Virus record (IMG/VR): IMGVR_UViG_3300034061_004620 | DNA length: 64,000 bases | DNA from: a virus | Taxonomy: Duplodnaviria; Caudoviricetes | Direction: 5' to 3' (one strand) | Part shown: in pieces, positions 18,610 to 28,222 of the stretch | Layout: each line of letters starts with the position of its first letter | Numbering within the stretch: position 1 is the stretch's first letter | Program-made: the position numbers and the translations under genes | The notes under the pieces: generated by a model | Database searches by the model: none | What the model saw: the letters and a program-made list of their open reading frames with translations, nothing else | Told to the model about the DNA's origin: nothing

Positions 18610-18874
18610 GCGAATCCAAGAAACTTTAGATATTTTGCAAGAAGAGTGTGCCGAAGTTATTGTTGAGATCAGCAAATGTAGAAGATTTGGATTAGATTCG
18701 TATCATTACAAAACTGGAGTTAAACATCGTGACATGCTTGAAATGGAAATTGGTGATGTTTTAGCAATGGTTGATATTTTAATAGAGCATAACTTTATAG
18801 ATCAAGATAAACTTAACAACGCCAAGGAAAATAAAAGAAATAAATTAAAGACCTGGTCTAACATTTTTAAATGA
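18602..18874 (+). CDS. MazG-like nucleotide pyrophosphohydrolase
   Basis: LQEECAEV...EMEIGDVL (EExxE...ExGD metal-binding motif). SD GGAG at 18591. Confidence 0.82.
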   Translation: MNERIQETLDILQEECAEVIVEISKCRRFGLDSYHYKTGVKHRDMLEMEIGDVLAMVDILIEHNFIDQDKLNNAKENKRNKLKTWSNIFK

Positions 18875-19683
18875 TCACTCGCATAATGATGATAGGTGCT
18901 GGTCGCATATACGAAGCGGCATGCACCTTGAGTTTTGATAAAAACTTGCATCCAACAATTGACCAGACCATAATTGTAAGTCCGTATAGTTTTGTTACTT
19001 TAACAAAAGAGTTTGAACATTTTGGTGTTGATGTATCAAAATTTAAATTCTATCATGACAACGAGGTAATAGACAAATTTAATTTACAAGCATGGGCAAC
19101 AAATCATTGGTATTTACAGCAGGGATTTAAACTAAGTCTGATGGATAGCATTGATAGCGACTTTTTAATTCAAGATTGCGATGTTCTTGCATTACAACCG
19201 TATCAATATATTCTTGATAATGATATAAATTTTAGAGTAGAAGATTTATGGAATCCTTATCAACAAGTTTATGCTGATGCAATAAAAAAATTAATTGGGT
19301 TTGATAGAGCTATAAATTACAGCTTTGTGACAGAATTCATGCCCTATAAAAAGCAAGATTGGATAGCTTGTAAAAACCAAATTGAAAATTTTACTCAATC
19401 AACATGGCAAAATGCAATAACAAATTTAGCACCGTTTGATGAAAAAAAATGGTTTAGTGAATATGAATTGTTGGGAATTTTTAAAACAAATACAGATACC
19501 AATTATAAACTAAGATATGATATTCAACCAATTATTAACAATTGGGAAGATTTTTTCCGTGCAGACTGGTCAAATATCGAAACAATAAAATTTAAGGCAC
19601 AACCTTTTAAATATATGGGACGGAAGTCCGCAATAACAATACGAGATTTTTTTATTAGGAAAGATGATGACAGAATTATATAG
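18871..19683 (+). CDS. Putative GT-A-like protein (DUF6492-like)
   Basis: WYLQQGFKL, FLIQDCD (DxD), FVTEFM, FSEYELLG. Confidence 0.5.
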   Translation: MITRIMMIGAGRIYEAACTLSFDKNLHPTIDQTIIVSPYSFVTLTKEFEHFGVDVSKFKFYHDNEVIDKFNLQAWATNHWYLQQGFKLSLMDSIDSDFLIQDCDVLALQPYQYILDNDINFRVEDLWNPYQQVYADAIKKLIGFDRAINYSFVTEFMPYKKQDWIACKNQIENFTQSTWQNAITNLAPFDEKKWFSEYELLGIFKTNTDTNYKLRYDIQPIINNWEDFFRADWSNIETIKFKAQPFKYMGRKSAITIRDFFIRKDDDRII

Positions 19684-20023
19684 AGGATTATTGTTTGTAC
19701 TCACAACTAACTTTAACAGTTTGATAGAAACTATTAGAAATCATGTGAGATCATTCAATCAAAATACTACAGACGAAGGTAATTTTTTAGATGTTGGTGT
19801 ACTTGGTTTTTGGAATTTAATGTTAGAGGTAGTTTTTACTTTGTTTGTTTTACTTAGTTTAACAACAGGAATTTTGTTAACAGCCGGGTTGGCAGTAAGT
19901 GCATATCCTTTTGTGGCATTTTTGACATATTCAAGAAACTTGCTTGTAGGTACAAGGGGAAAACAAGACAAAGATATTCAAATAATAAAGTTACCTAATG
20001 ACTCGAGTCAAGAAAAAGTCTAA
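19664..20023 (+). CDS. Hypothetical membrane protein
   Basis: Long hydrophobic stretch VLGFWNLMLEVVFTLFVLLSLTTGILLTAGLAVSAYPFVAFL. Confidence 0.65.
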   Translation: MMTELYRGLLFVLTTNFNSLIETIRNHVRSFNQNTTDEGNFLDVGVLGFWNLMLEVVFTLFVLLSLTTGILLTAGLAVSAYPFVAFLTYSRNLLVGTRGKQDKDIQIIKLPNDSSQEKV

Positions 20024-20507
20024 CCTTGCCAAAGGCAAAGATAGTTACGATGCAGAAATAGGCGGCGAATTAGTCGCCTTTTTCAATAAAAATATTACTC
20101 CTTATGCAACAGAAGTAGGCGGGCCTGCCTTTGATTTAATTCCTATACAAAAACAAAAAGATATAATGGTCAATGTTGCTCGTATGCATGCCGAGCAAGA
20201 ATATAACCGTATAATGGATTTAGTTAAAGTATTACAGAAACAAGCAGATGAAATTAAAAGAAGATTATATATAACTGATGCCGTACATGCCGCAGAATAT
20301 CAATTTCAAATCTATCATGGTCAAACATATTGGCTATGCTTTGATAGCAAAATAAATCGTACAAGATTATGTCACCAAGGACCTAAAGATTGGACTACCG
20401 GTGCACCCGAACATTATAACTATATTGCACAGGTCAAATGGTTAGGTGACTACACGTGGCAAGAAGTTACCACACAAACGTTTGGGAATAGTACTGAACA
20501 ATCTTAG
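19998..20507 (+). CDS. DUF2452-like phage protein
   Basis: Coiled-coil EQEYNRIMDLVKVLQKQADEIKRR followed by YQFQIYHGQTYWL...KWLGDYTW. Confidence 0.5.
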   Translation: MTRVKKKSNLAKGKDSYDAEIGGELVAFFNKNITPYATEVGGPAFDLIPIQKQKDIMVNVARMHAEQEYNRIMDLVKVLQKQADEIKRRLYITDAVHAAEYQFQIYHGQTYWLCFDSKINRTRLCHQGPKDWTTGAPEHYNYIAQVKWLGDYTWQEVTTQTFGNSTEQS

Positions 20508-21420
20508 CAAGTTCTACTTCAAATACAGCTCTTGGTTGCCACCCAAGAGTCTTTAGTTTTTCATCATTGATACTATACCTTACATCTTGACCAGGTCTGG
20601 TTATATCTAAATTTAAATATTTTCCGTGATCTGTAATTTGTTCAGGGCAGAACATGTCAATAATCTGCATTGCAATAACTATATTTTGCTCTTCGTGATT
20701 GCCACTTATATTGTAAATTTCGTTCTGCACTCCGGATTCAATTATAGTGAGCACAGCACTTGCTGTGTCGCTTACGTGTAACCATGTGCGACGGGGTAGT
20801 CCGGCATCGTGCAGTGCGATTGGCCTACCTAATTGTAAATGTTTAATACTTTTTGGTATAAACTTTTCTGTATATTGACCTATTCCGTAATTGTTAGTTG
20901 GTCTAACAATTACGTAAGGAACCTTGAATGTACGTGCCCACGCTAATATTAATTGGTCTGCTGCGGCTTTGGTTGCTGAATACGGATTACTTGGCTTTAG
21001 TAAATCTGTTTCAATATGACTACCAGATTCAATATCACCATACACTTCGTCTGTACTAAAATGCAACAAGGTTGGCATCTTGAAACGATGGCGTTCTTTT
21101 ATCAAGTTTAGCAAATGATGAACACCATTTACATTACTGCGTAAAAACACATCTGAACTAACAATACTGTTATCTACATGTGTTTCTGCTGCGGTATTAA
21201 TTATATAATCGCAGTCGTATAGCATATCTAAATCATTGATATCGGATTCAATGAATTTAAAACGCGAATGTTTGATTAGGTCTGGTAAGAATTGAACGTT
21301 AGCAGCATAGGTTTTTTTATCTACACCAATTACATAGTAACCCTTATCTAAACAGGCCTGGGTAACATGATAGCCGATGAATCCAAGACAGCCGGTAACG
21401 TATACAACTTTTGTCGTCAT
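20467..21420 (-). CDS. rfbB: dTDP-glucose 4,6-dehydratase-like NAD-dependent epimerase/dehydratase
   Basis: VTGCLGFIG, DKKTYAAN, AAETHVDNSI, STDEVYG, PSNPYSATKAAAD, RPGQDVRYS. Confidence 0.88.
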   Translation of the reverse strand: MTTKVVYVTGCLGFIGYHVTQACLDKGYYVIGVDKKTYAANVQFLPDLIKHSRFKFIESDINDLDMLYDCDYIINTAAETHVDNSIVSSDVFLRSNVNGVHHLLNLIKERHRFKMPTLLHFSTDEVYGDIESGSHIETDLLKPSNPYSATKAAADQLILAWARTFKVPYVIVRPTNNYGIGQYTEKFIPKSIKHLQLGRPIALHDAGLPRRTWLHVSDTASAVLTIIESGVQNEIYNISGNHEEQNIVIAMQIIDMFCPEQITDHGKYLNLDITRPGQDVRYSINDEKLKTLGWQPRAVFEVELAKIVQYYSQTFVW

Positions 21421-21899
21421 AATTTTCTTGTTAAATTTAAATATGCTGGTTCTGGTGAACCAATAAACACAGGCCAAATGTCTTCTAATTCAGCAATACT
21501 CTGTGGTTTATATAATTGAATGTTTGGCAAAGCAGCCAACACTTGTTCGTCATCATGAGCCCAATGGCTAACACCATCGTGACTATAGTCTTTGTCTCTG
21601 CCGCTGCCAATTAGTTTTACAGGAATGTTTTCGTAACTTACATAATTACGCAGAAACTCAAAAGGACGATACAATAAAAAGCTACTCATACTGTAACATA
21701 CCGGAATCAACCCTTCATTGGCCATACCAATGGCAGCACCTATCATTAGTTGTTCAGCCGCGCCCACGTTATAAAAACGTTCCGGAAAAGCATTACGTAT
21801 TTGATCCAAGATACCAAAACCTAAGTCTGCTGTGACAACTCTTATGTCATCGGTGCTGACCATGCTTTCTAATAGAAGACCGGCACATTCTTTTCTCAT
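21417..21899 (-). CDS. Transketolase-like enzyme, pyrimidine-binding (C-terminal) subunit
   Basis: TADLG, FYNVGAAEQ...AIGMA, GVSHWA. Confidence 0.88.
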   Translation of the reverse strand: MRKECAGLLLESMVSTDDIRVVTADLGFGILDQIRNAFPERFYNVGAAEQLMIGAAIGMANEGLIPVCYSMSSFLLYRPFEFLRNYVSYENIPVKLIGSGRDKDYSHDGVSHWAHDDEQVLAALPNIQLYKPQSIAELEDIWPVFIGSPEPAYLNLTRKL

Positions 21900-22510
21900 T
21901 GTGTTAACGCCTCATAATCTGATTGTTTAAGTACATAATAATGTGTGAGTAATTCTTTAGCAAAAGGCCAATTTGGCGGATTACTAAATCTCACATTGAT
22001 TCGAGGCAGAAATGCCACTAAACGATGACTCAATGTTATGGTGTCAATCATGTCGTATGCACCCATTCCGTTTAAATTGGCATAAACGTGCAAGTTATCA
22101 ATTTTGTTATCATTGATAAAGCGAAGCGCCTCCCATATTGATCCTTCGGCACATTCGCCATCGCTGATCATGCAGTAAACATTTTTATCAGGAGTAGCCA
22201 GTGCGTGTCCTACTGCAATAGGTAATCCTGACCCCAGACTACCAGTTGAGCAGTAAAGATGATTTGGTAAATCTCTACCAGGATGGATTCCATGTTTGTG
22301 CAACATTGCAACAGGATCTACTCCGTGGTATTTTTCTAAAACTACGTATAGCGCCAATCCTGCATGACCATTACTGAGAATAAAAACTTCATCATCTTTA
22401 CGTTTTGCGTAAATTTCTTCAATGATAGGCAATGCGCTCAGTGTTGAACTGAGGTGGCTGAGTTTTTCCTGATAAGTTATATCAATTATTCTACGTGTTA
22501 GTGCGTTCAT
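21896..22510 (-). CDS. Transketolase-like enzyme, TPP-binding (N-terminal) subunit
   Basis: SHLSSTLS, FILSNGHA, STGSLGSGL, ISDGECAEGSIWEA...N (GDG-like TPP motif). Confidence 0.9.
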   Translation of the reverse strand: MNALTRRIIDITYQEKLSHLSSTLSALPIIEEIYAKRKDDEVFILSNGHAGLALYVVLEKYHGVDPVAMLHKHGIHPGRDLPNHLYCSTGSLGSGLPIAVGHALATPDKNVYCMISDGECAEGSIWEALRFINDNKIDNLHVYANLNGMGAYDMIDTITLSHRLVAFLPRINVRFSNPPNWPFAKELLTHYYVLKQSDYEALTQ

Positions 22511-23214
22511 TTCCATGCCAATAGTTGATCGTGAATGACCATTTCAGTTTGATAACCGTGCCGTTGAAACAACTCTGCCAGCTGTTGTCTATTATCGCCC
22601 AAGTTACCCGGCCATGACTGTTGTTTAACATCAGTTTGATGAACTTCAACAAACCAAAATTTAACTTTGTTTGCAACAGGACCTAAAGTTGCATCTGTTA
22701 ATGCTTCCATTTCTGAACCTTCGATGTCACATTTGATAAAATCCACATGATCTAATCCTTGCATGTGTAATAGTGTTTCCAAGGTCATACATTGAACTTT
22801 GGTTTCTTTTCCGTTGCGATTAAGCATACTATTTGTAGTGCTGTTTTCGTTGATATAAAAAGAAATCATTTCATTATGCGGACCAACAGCCAATTGTAAA
22901 GGAGTAATATTGCCATGGTCCTTAACAATTTCTTGAAGTACATTAAATGTGTTTGGTGTTGGTTCAACAGCAATTACTTTGCTACAACTGTCTGCTGCAT
23001 ACAGACTAAACAATCCACAGTTTGCACCAAGGTCAAGTATAACCATGTCGCCACGACCAGCAAAAATAGGATCATACATACGATCTTCGTTGATTTGCTT
23101 TAAGATAACATCTGTATAATTTTCTGGATCGTTAAACCAGGCTTGCACATCTGCATGTTCGCTCTGATATGTATAATCTTGTTGCTGACTTGTTTTAATG
23201 GTTCGTTCTATCAT
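22507..23214 (-). CDS. FkbM-family methyltransferase
   Basis: ILDLGANCGLFS, AVEP, DFIKCDIEGSE. Confidence 0.9.
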   Translation of the reverse strand: MIERTIKTSQQQDYTYQSEHADVQAWFNDPENYTDVILKQINEDRMYDPIFAGRGDMVILDLGANCGLFSLYAADSCSKVIAVEPTPNTFNVLQEIVKDHGNITPLQLAVGPHNEMISFYINENSTTNSMLNRNGKETKVQCMTLETLLHMQGLDHVDFIKCDIEGSEMEALTDATLGPVANKVKFWFVEVHQTDVKQQSWPGNLGDNRQQLAELFQRHGYQTEMVIHDQLLAWK

Positions 23215-24037
23215 ATTTTGCCTTTAATAAAAAATCTCTAATACCTGTTTCTAAATTGTATTCGCAGCTGAAACCTAATTGTGAAGATTTGTTTATATCA
23301 CAGACCCACACTGTGTTTTCAAATGCCTTACGCATCTCTGCTACTCGTGCAACCGGTGCTCCTGCGTTTTCTGTTATTTGTACCCAAAGGTCATACAAAT
23401 CAAAATTACTAATTTGATATCCGCTACCAAAATTTACAATTTCGCCTGGTGCCAAATCCCACTCTTGTAGAACTAAATCAATTCCTCTAACAAAATCGTT
23501 TATATAGATAAAATCATGATGCCCTTGATATAATGTCATTGGTTCGTCGTAATTGAATGCTCGATATAAACGGGGAAACAACCTATGTGGCCTCTCACCG
23601 GGACCGTATACACTGTAAGGTCTCACAATCCATATGGGTAAATTTAAGTGTCGTGCCCATCCTTGACAAAGTAATGTTGCAGCACCTTTTGTGGCCTGAT
23701 AAAAATCAACAGGTTTCAGTAACGTATCTTCGGCAGTGGCATGATTGGTAGGGCCGTATTCACTGCTGCTTCCTATCTGTACCACACGACATTTTTGATC
23801 ACAATCTCGTACATATTCTAAAATAGTTTGAACCATCAATATGTTGGGTTCAAACATTTGCTCATGATCATAAATTTCTGCTGCCGAGTTTATAATAGCA
23901 TCTGGTTTGAAATTTTCTAAACACTCGCGTAAAGATTCGTGGCGTCGAAAGGCATAAACTTCATGTCCCCTTGTGGTGTAATATTGTACCAGATTTTGTC
24001 CAACAAAACCAGTGGCACCTGTTATGAAAAATTTCAT
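23195..24037 (-). CDS. NAD-dependent sugar epimerase/reductase
   Basis: ITGATGFVG, IGSSSEYG, YQATK, RPYSVYGP, HDFIYIND. Confidence 0.9.
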   Translation of the reverse strand: MKFFITGATGFVGQNLVQYYTTRGHEVYAFRRHESLRECLENFKPDAIINSAAEIYDHEQMFEPNILMVQTILEYVRDCDQKCRVVQIGSSSEYGPTNHATAEDTLLKPVDFYQATKGAATLLCQGWARHLNLPIWIVRPYSVYGPGERPHRLFPRLYRAFNYDEPMTLYQGHHDFIYINDFVRGIDLVLQEWDLAPGEIVNFGSGYQISNFDLYDLWVQITENAGAPVARVAEMRKAFENTVWVCDINKSSQLGFSCEYNLETGIRDFLLKAKYDRTNH

Positions 24038-24675
24038 CTGATCAATTGTGATAAGTGATGATTGGCTCGGCTGATACGAGTTGGCTTATAGGTTCCGGGC
24101 CAATGCACTATCCAGTCGCCCGGCTCCCATGCACCACTATTACCAAGAATGTCAAATCTGGCATCGCAATAGTCATAAATTTCTGGTTCATAACTGTTCA
24201 TATATTTTTGCGGAACAATTTTTACAATGTCTTGATATTGATCGATAGTATCGATAATAACCTGTTGTTCTGCCCATTCTATATTTTTATATGATTCTTC
24301 TTTGTCTATAATCATTTGTAGATAAGCACGACCTTGTTCACTATTACGTACTAAAAAGTTACCAGAATTGAGATTGAGACGATCAACAGGTACAATGAAG
24401 TGATAGTTGTCATCAATTCGATCCTCAATTTGAATGGTTTGATTGGTAATCATAGCATCGCATTCACTGAACAACAACCATTCTATTTCTGGATGTTGGG
24501 TGAATAAATCTAATGCGTAATGAATTTTGTTAAAACCAGTAATTGTGCTATACTTCATTTCAGTTAGCACATGAAATTGGTATCCGTATCTTGCACAATA
24601 TTCTTGTTTTGATTGATCGGTTAGTGCTGCCAAATCTGAGTAATTGGCATCATGTAAGCTTGCAACAGCATGCAT
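24034..24675 (-). CDS. GT34-like (GMA12/MNN10 family) glycosyltransferase
   Basis: KQEYCARYGY, WLLFSECDAMITN, LNSGNFLVRN, WAEQ, WIVHWPG. Confidence 0.8.
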   Translation of the reverse strand: MHAVASLHDANYSDLAALTDQSKQEYCARYGYQFHVLTEMKYSTITGFNKIHYALDLFTQHPEIEWLLFSECDAMITNQTIQIEDRIDDNYHFIVPVDRLNLNSGNFLVRNSEQGRAYLQMIIDKEESYKNIEWAEQQVIIDTIDQYQDIVKIVPQKYMNSYEPEIYDYCDARFDILGNSGAWEPGDWIVHWPGTYKPTRISRANHHLSQLIR

Positions 24676-24726
24676 AGGTGTCCTTGAAAATCATTGAGTA
24701 AGGTATTTATTATACTAAGTATTGAC

Positions 24727-25560
24727 ATGAAAATCTATGACTGTTTTACATTTTTTAACGAATTTGAGCTATTAGAACTCAGATTACGTGAGCTTTACGA
24801 TCATGTGGATCATTTTGTTTTGGTTGAAGCCAATAGAACTTTCCAAAATAAAGAGAAATCACTTTACTATAAAGAAAATGCTGCCCGCTTTGCTCAGTGG
24901 GCAGATAAAATAATTCATTGGGTCGTTGAAGATATGCCAACAGACACGGACACATGGGGCAGAGAACGTCATCAACGAGATGCCATAGTGCAAGCGGTTG
25001 CTGATGCGGAATCAGATGATATCATACTCATTGGTGATGCAGATGAAATACCCAGACCGGAAACTATTGAATATCTAAAGAAAAGTGATCAGGGTATCTG
25101 GGGCTTTAGAATGCCATTGTTCAATTTTAAATACAACTACATGTTAACAAATCAAGATTGCTATTCTGTGTGGAGCGGTGCTGTAAGAAAAAAGCTATTG
25201 GTCAGCGCAGAAGATTTTAGACGTATGCGACATGTACTTGGTGGATTAGAATACGGTTATAAAGACAACGTGGTTGAAATAGTAGAACATGCAGGATGGC
25301 ATTTTACATATCTTGGCAACGAAGAGTTTGCAAAGACCAAAATACAAAGTTTTGCACACGCAGAAACTAATACGCCAGACATAGTAGATCAGCTGGACAT
25401 AGAGGCCAGTATAGTTCGCGGCGCTGGCATTATTCAAACAGATGTTAATTATAGATTTTCTCCTGTGGCTGTTGACAATTATTTGCCGTTATCGGTACAG
25501 AAAAGTACACATATAATTCAAGGAAACTTTCCTTCTGCGAAAGAATTTTTGCCAAAGTAG
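24727..25560 (+). CDS. GT17-like glycosyltransferase
   Basis: MKIYDCFTFFNEFELLELRL, VLVEAN, ERHQRD, GDADEIP, AGWHFTY. Confidence 0.85.
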   Translation: MKIYDCFTFFNEFELLELRLRELYDHVDHFVLVEANRTFQNKEKSLYYKENAARFAQWADKIIHWVVEDMPTDTDTWGRERHQRDAIVQAVADAESDDIILIGDADEIPRPETIEYLKKSDQGIWGFRMPLFNFKYNYMLTNQDCYSVWSGAVRKKLLVSAEDFRRMRHVLGGLEYGYKDNVVEIVEHAGWHFTYLGNEEFAKTKIQSFAHAETNTPDIVDQLDIEASIVRGAGIIQTDVNYRFSPVAVDNYLPLSVQKSTHIIQGNFPSAKEFLPK

Positions 25561-25564
25561 CGTT

Positions 25565-25599
25565 TTGTAACACGCTTGTAATCTTACGATGTTTAAATA
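25565..25599 (+). promoter_or_regulatory. Putative Pho box (PhoB-type direct repeat) with downstream -10/late-like element
   Basis: TTGTAAC-ACGC-TTGTAAT (11-bp period), then TAAATA at 25594, upstream of pstS. Confidence 0.65.
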
Positions 25600-25634
25600 T
25601 TTGTGTGCAATGCACATTAAATGGAGATTACAAC

Positions 25635-26660
25635 GTGAAAAAATTATTAGCAGTTGTGTTTGCTACACTGACCGGGTATGCCGGAGCAGCAGAACTAACA
25701 GGAGCAGGAGCAACATTTCCTTTTCCTATCTATGCCAAATGGGCCGAAGCCTATAAAGCTGCCACTGGTATTGGACTTAACTATCAATCAATTGGTAGCG
25801 GTGGTGGTATCAAACAAATCAAAGCCAAGACGGTGGACTTTGGTGCCAGCGACATGCCATTGAAGCCAGAAGAGCTTGAAAAAGAAGGCTTGATGCAGTT
25901 TCCGGCTGTTATTGGAGGAGTAGTACCAGTATACAACTTAGATGGTGTTGCACCGGGTCAATTGAAGTTGACACCAGAAATTATTGCAAACATTCATCTT
26001 GGTAAAATTACAAAGTGGAACGATAGATCAATTGTAGAATTAAATGCTGGTGTTAATTTACCAGCACTCAATATTACAGTTGTACATCGTGCAGATGGCT
26101 CAGGTACTACATTTATTTGGACAAACTTCTTAGGCAAAGCAAATACAGAATTTGCTAAAACTGTTGGCGAAGGCACAGCAGTCAAGTGGCCAACGGGTGT
26201 AGGTGGCAAAGGTAATGAAGGTGTTGCTGTTCAAGTACAAAGAATCAAAGGTGCATTTGGCTATGTAGAATATGCATATGCCAAAAGAAACAAAATTGCA
26301 CATGCTCAATTACGAAATCGTGATGGTGTTTTTGTACAACCAAGCGATGACACATTCAAGGCAGCAGCAGCTAATGCAGATTGGGCTAATGCACCAGGTA
26401 TGTATTTGTTACTAACTTGGCAGACAGGTAAGGATGCTTGGCCAGCCACAGGTGCAAGTTTTATTCTCATGCACAAGCAACAGGCAGACGCATTAACAGG
26501 TCGTGCAGTTCTCAAATTCTTTGATTGGAGTTGGAAGAATGGTGCCAAGATGAGTGAAGAGTTAGAATATGTTCACTTACCACAGGCAGTTATTAAATTA
26601 AATCAGGACAACTGGAAACGAGATCTAAAAGGTCCTGATAGCAACTCAATTTGGAAATAA
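25635..26660 (+). CDS. pstS: Phosphate ABC transporter substrate-binding protein PstS
   Basis: Signal peptide; GAGATFP, YQSIGSGGG, DFGASD, HRADGSGTT, GYVE. GTG start after GGAG. Confidence 0.97.
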   Translation: MKKLLAVVFATLTGYAGAAELTGAGATFPFPIYAKWAEAYKAATGIGLNYQSIGSGGGIKQIKAKTVDFGASDMPLKPEELEKEGLMQFPAVIGGVVPVYNLDGVAPGQLKLTPEIIANIHLGKITKWNDRSIVELNAGVNLPALNITVVHRADGSGTTFIWTNFLGKANTEFAKTVGEGTAVKWPTGVGGKGNEGVAVQVQRIKGAFGYVEYAYAKRNKIAHAQLRNRDGVFVQPSDDTFKAAAANADWANAPGMYLLLTWQTGKDAWPATGASFILMHKQQADALTGRAVLKFFDWSWKNGAKMSEELEYVHLPQAVIKLNQDNWKRDLKGPDSNSIWK

Positions 26661-26669
26661 GGATCAATT

Positions 26670-28076
26670 ATGAAAACATTTACAAAAATTGCTCTTGCTA
26701 TCAGTTTAGCTTTTAGTGCACCAGCTTATGCCGACGATTATCTTGATACTTTGAAAATTTTAAAAGATAAAGGTATTTTAACACAAACTGAATATGACAC
26801 CAAAGTTCAAGCACATGAAGAAAAAGCAGAAAATAAAAAGTTTGCAGAACAGCGAATCGACAAAGATGTCAGCGACTCTGTCAAATACAGACAAGCCAGA
26901 GCTAATGACGGATCAGTTACAGAAAATGGAATTGGACTCAAAAGCAAAGATGGCAACAATACCATCCAACTTACAGGTCGATTACATATGGACTATCGTC
27001 AGTACTCCCCGGATTATGGTACAGGTCAAACCACGGATTCGTATCAGAACACCGCTGAAGCACGACGAGCCAGATTTGGAGTAAGAGGACAGTTTGCCAA
27101 AGACTTCAAATATCAATTGTTAGCAAACTTTGGTGCCAGTGACGGTTTTAGCTCAACATCAAGTACAGCAGACGAAATGTGGGTCAACTATGCTGCTAAT
27201 CCAGAAATGCAATTTCAGTTTGGATTGTTTAAAATGCCTTTCAGTTTAGAACAAATGACCAGTTCAAATAATCTGGATTTCATGGAGCGTAGTTTAATTG
27301 GCCAAAACGACAGTGAATTAATTCCTGCTAAAGAAACTGGATTCATGCTGCATGGTATTCCTAAGCCTGGGTTAACTTATGCTATTGCGGCCAGTCGCGG
27401 CAAAAGTAATAAGAGTGCCGAGTTCGATGGATTTGACTACATTGGTCGTGTAACTACAAACATTGCCGAACTGACCGGAAGCAAAGCATATACAGCACAC
27501 CTTGGTGCTGCTTATAGCACAGGTGAAATCAAGGGCGGTGTTATTCCAGTAAGCGGCAGAACAGAATCACGTATGCAGTCAGCATGGTTTACCGGATCTG
27601 CTCTCAGCGGTGCAACTACAAGAACACGCCAAGGACTTGAGGCCGCATTTGCTTATAATGCTTTCAAAGTACAAGGCGAGCAGTTTAATTTTAGATATGA
27701 TCCTGCCACTGGAGACAATCAAGAAATTCGTGGATATTATGCACAAGCTGTTTATAACCTAACTGGTGAATCTCACGCATATAAAGATGGAACATTTGGT
27801 TGGATTAAGCCAAACAACCCTGTTGACAAAGGCGGCAGCGGCGCTTGGCAAGTAGGTGTACGTATGAGTGAATTTGATGCCAGTGATATCACGGTAGCCA
27901 CAGGCAAATCAAATCGTGCTACTGCTATGACATATGGAATCACCTGGTTCTGCACAGACAACCTACGTTTTATGTTAAACTACGTGGATACAAAGTTTGA
28001 TGCATTAGTTGGCAGTTCGGGTAGTCGTGTAAATGGTGACAAAGCAGTAATGTTCAGAAGTCAGCTTAGTTTTTAA
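26670..28076 (+). CDS. OprO/OprP-family phosphate-selective porin
   Basis: Signal peptide; GRLHMDY, ARRARFGVRG, QFGLFKMPFSLE...SSNNLDFMERS; C-terminal Phe (RSQLSF); directly after pstS. Confidence 0.88.
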   Translation: MKTFTKIALAISLAFSAPAYADDYLDTLKILKDKGILTQTEYDTKVQAHEEKAENKKFAEQRIDKDVSDSVKYRQARANDGSVTENGIGLKSKDGNNTIQLTGRLHMDYRQYSPDYGTGQTTDSYQNTAEARRARFGVRGQFAKDFKYQLLANFGASDGFSSTSSTADEMWVNYAANPEMQFQFGLFKMPFSLEQMTSSNNLDFMERSLIGQNDSELIPAKETGFMLHGIPKPGLTYAIAASRGKSNKSAEFDGFDYIGRVTTNIAELTGSKAYTAHLGAAYSTGEIKGGVIPVSGRTESRMQSAWFTGSALSGATTRTRQGLEAAFAYNAFKVQGEQFNFRYDPATGDNQEIRGYYAQAVYNLTGESHAYKDGTFGWIKPNNPVDKGGSGAWQVGVRMSEFDASDITVATGKSNRATAMTYGITWFCTDNLRFMLNYVDTKFDALVGSSGSRVNGDKAVMFRSQLSF

Positions 28077-28090
28077 ATTAGATAGTAAAT

Positions 28091-28161
28091 CGGGCACAAA
28101 GATAGAGTGCCACTGGAACTCGTAACCAGAAACAAATGGGCAACCAAAGTTGCCTATTTTC
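28091..28161 (+). ncRNA. Candidate structured RNA: two adjacent hairpins plus a terminator-like hairpin
   Basis: GGCAC/GTGCC (28093-28111), CTGG/CCAG (28113-28129), GGGCAAC/GTTGCCT followed by ATTTT (28138-28160). Confidence 0.35.
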
Positions 28162-28190
28162 TTGACTTGATGCTGCGGTGCATATATAAT
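28162..28190 (+). promoter_or_regulatory. Sigma70-type promoter
   Basis: TTGACT-N17-TATAAT upstream of 28223. Confidence 0.8.
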
Positions 28191-28222
28191 TCGTTCTGTA
28201 ATTTTAAACAAGGAGAAGTAAA

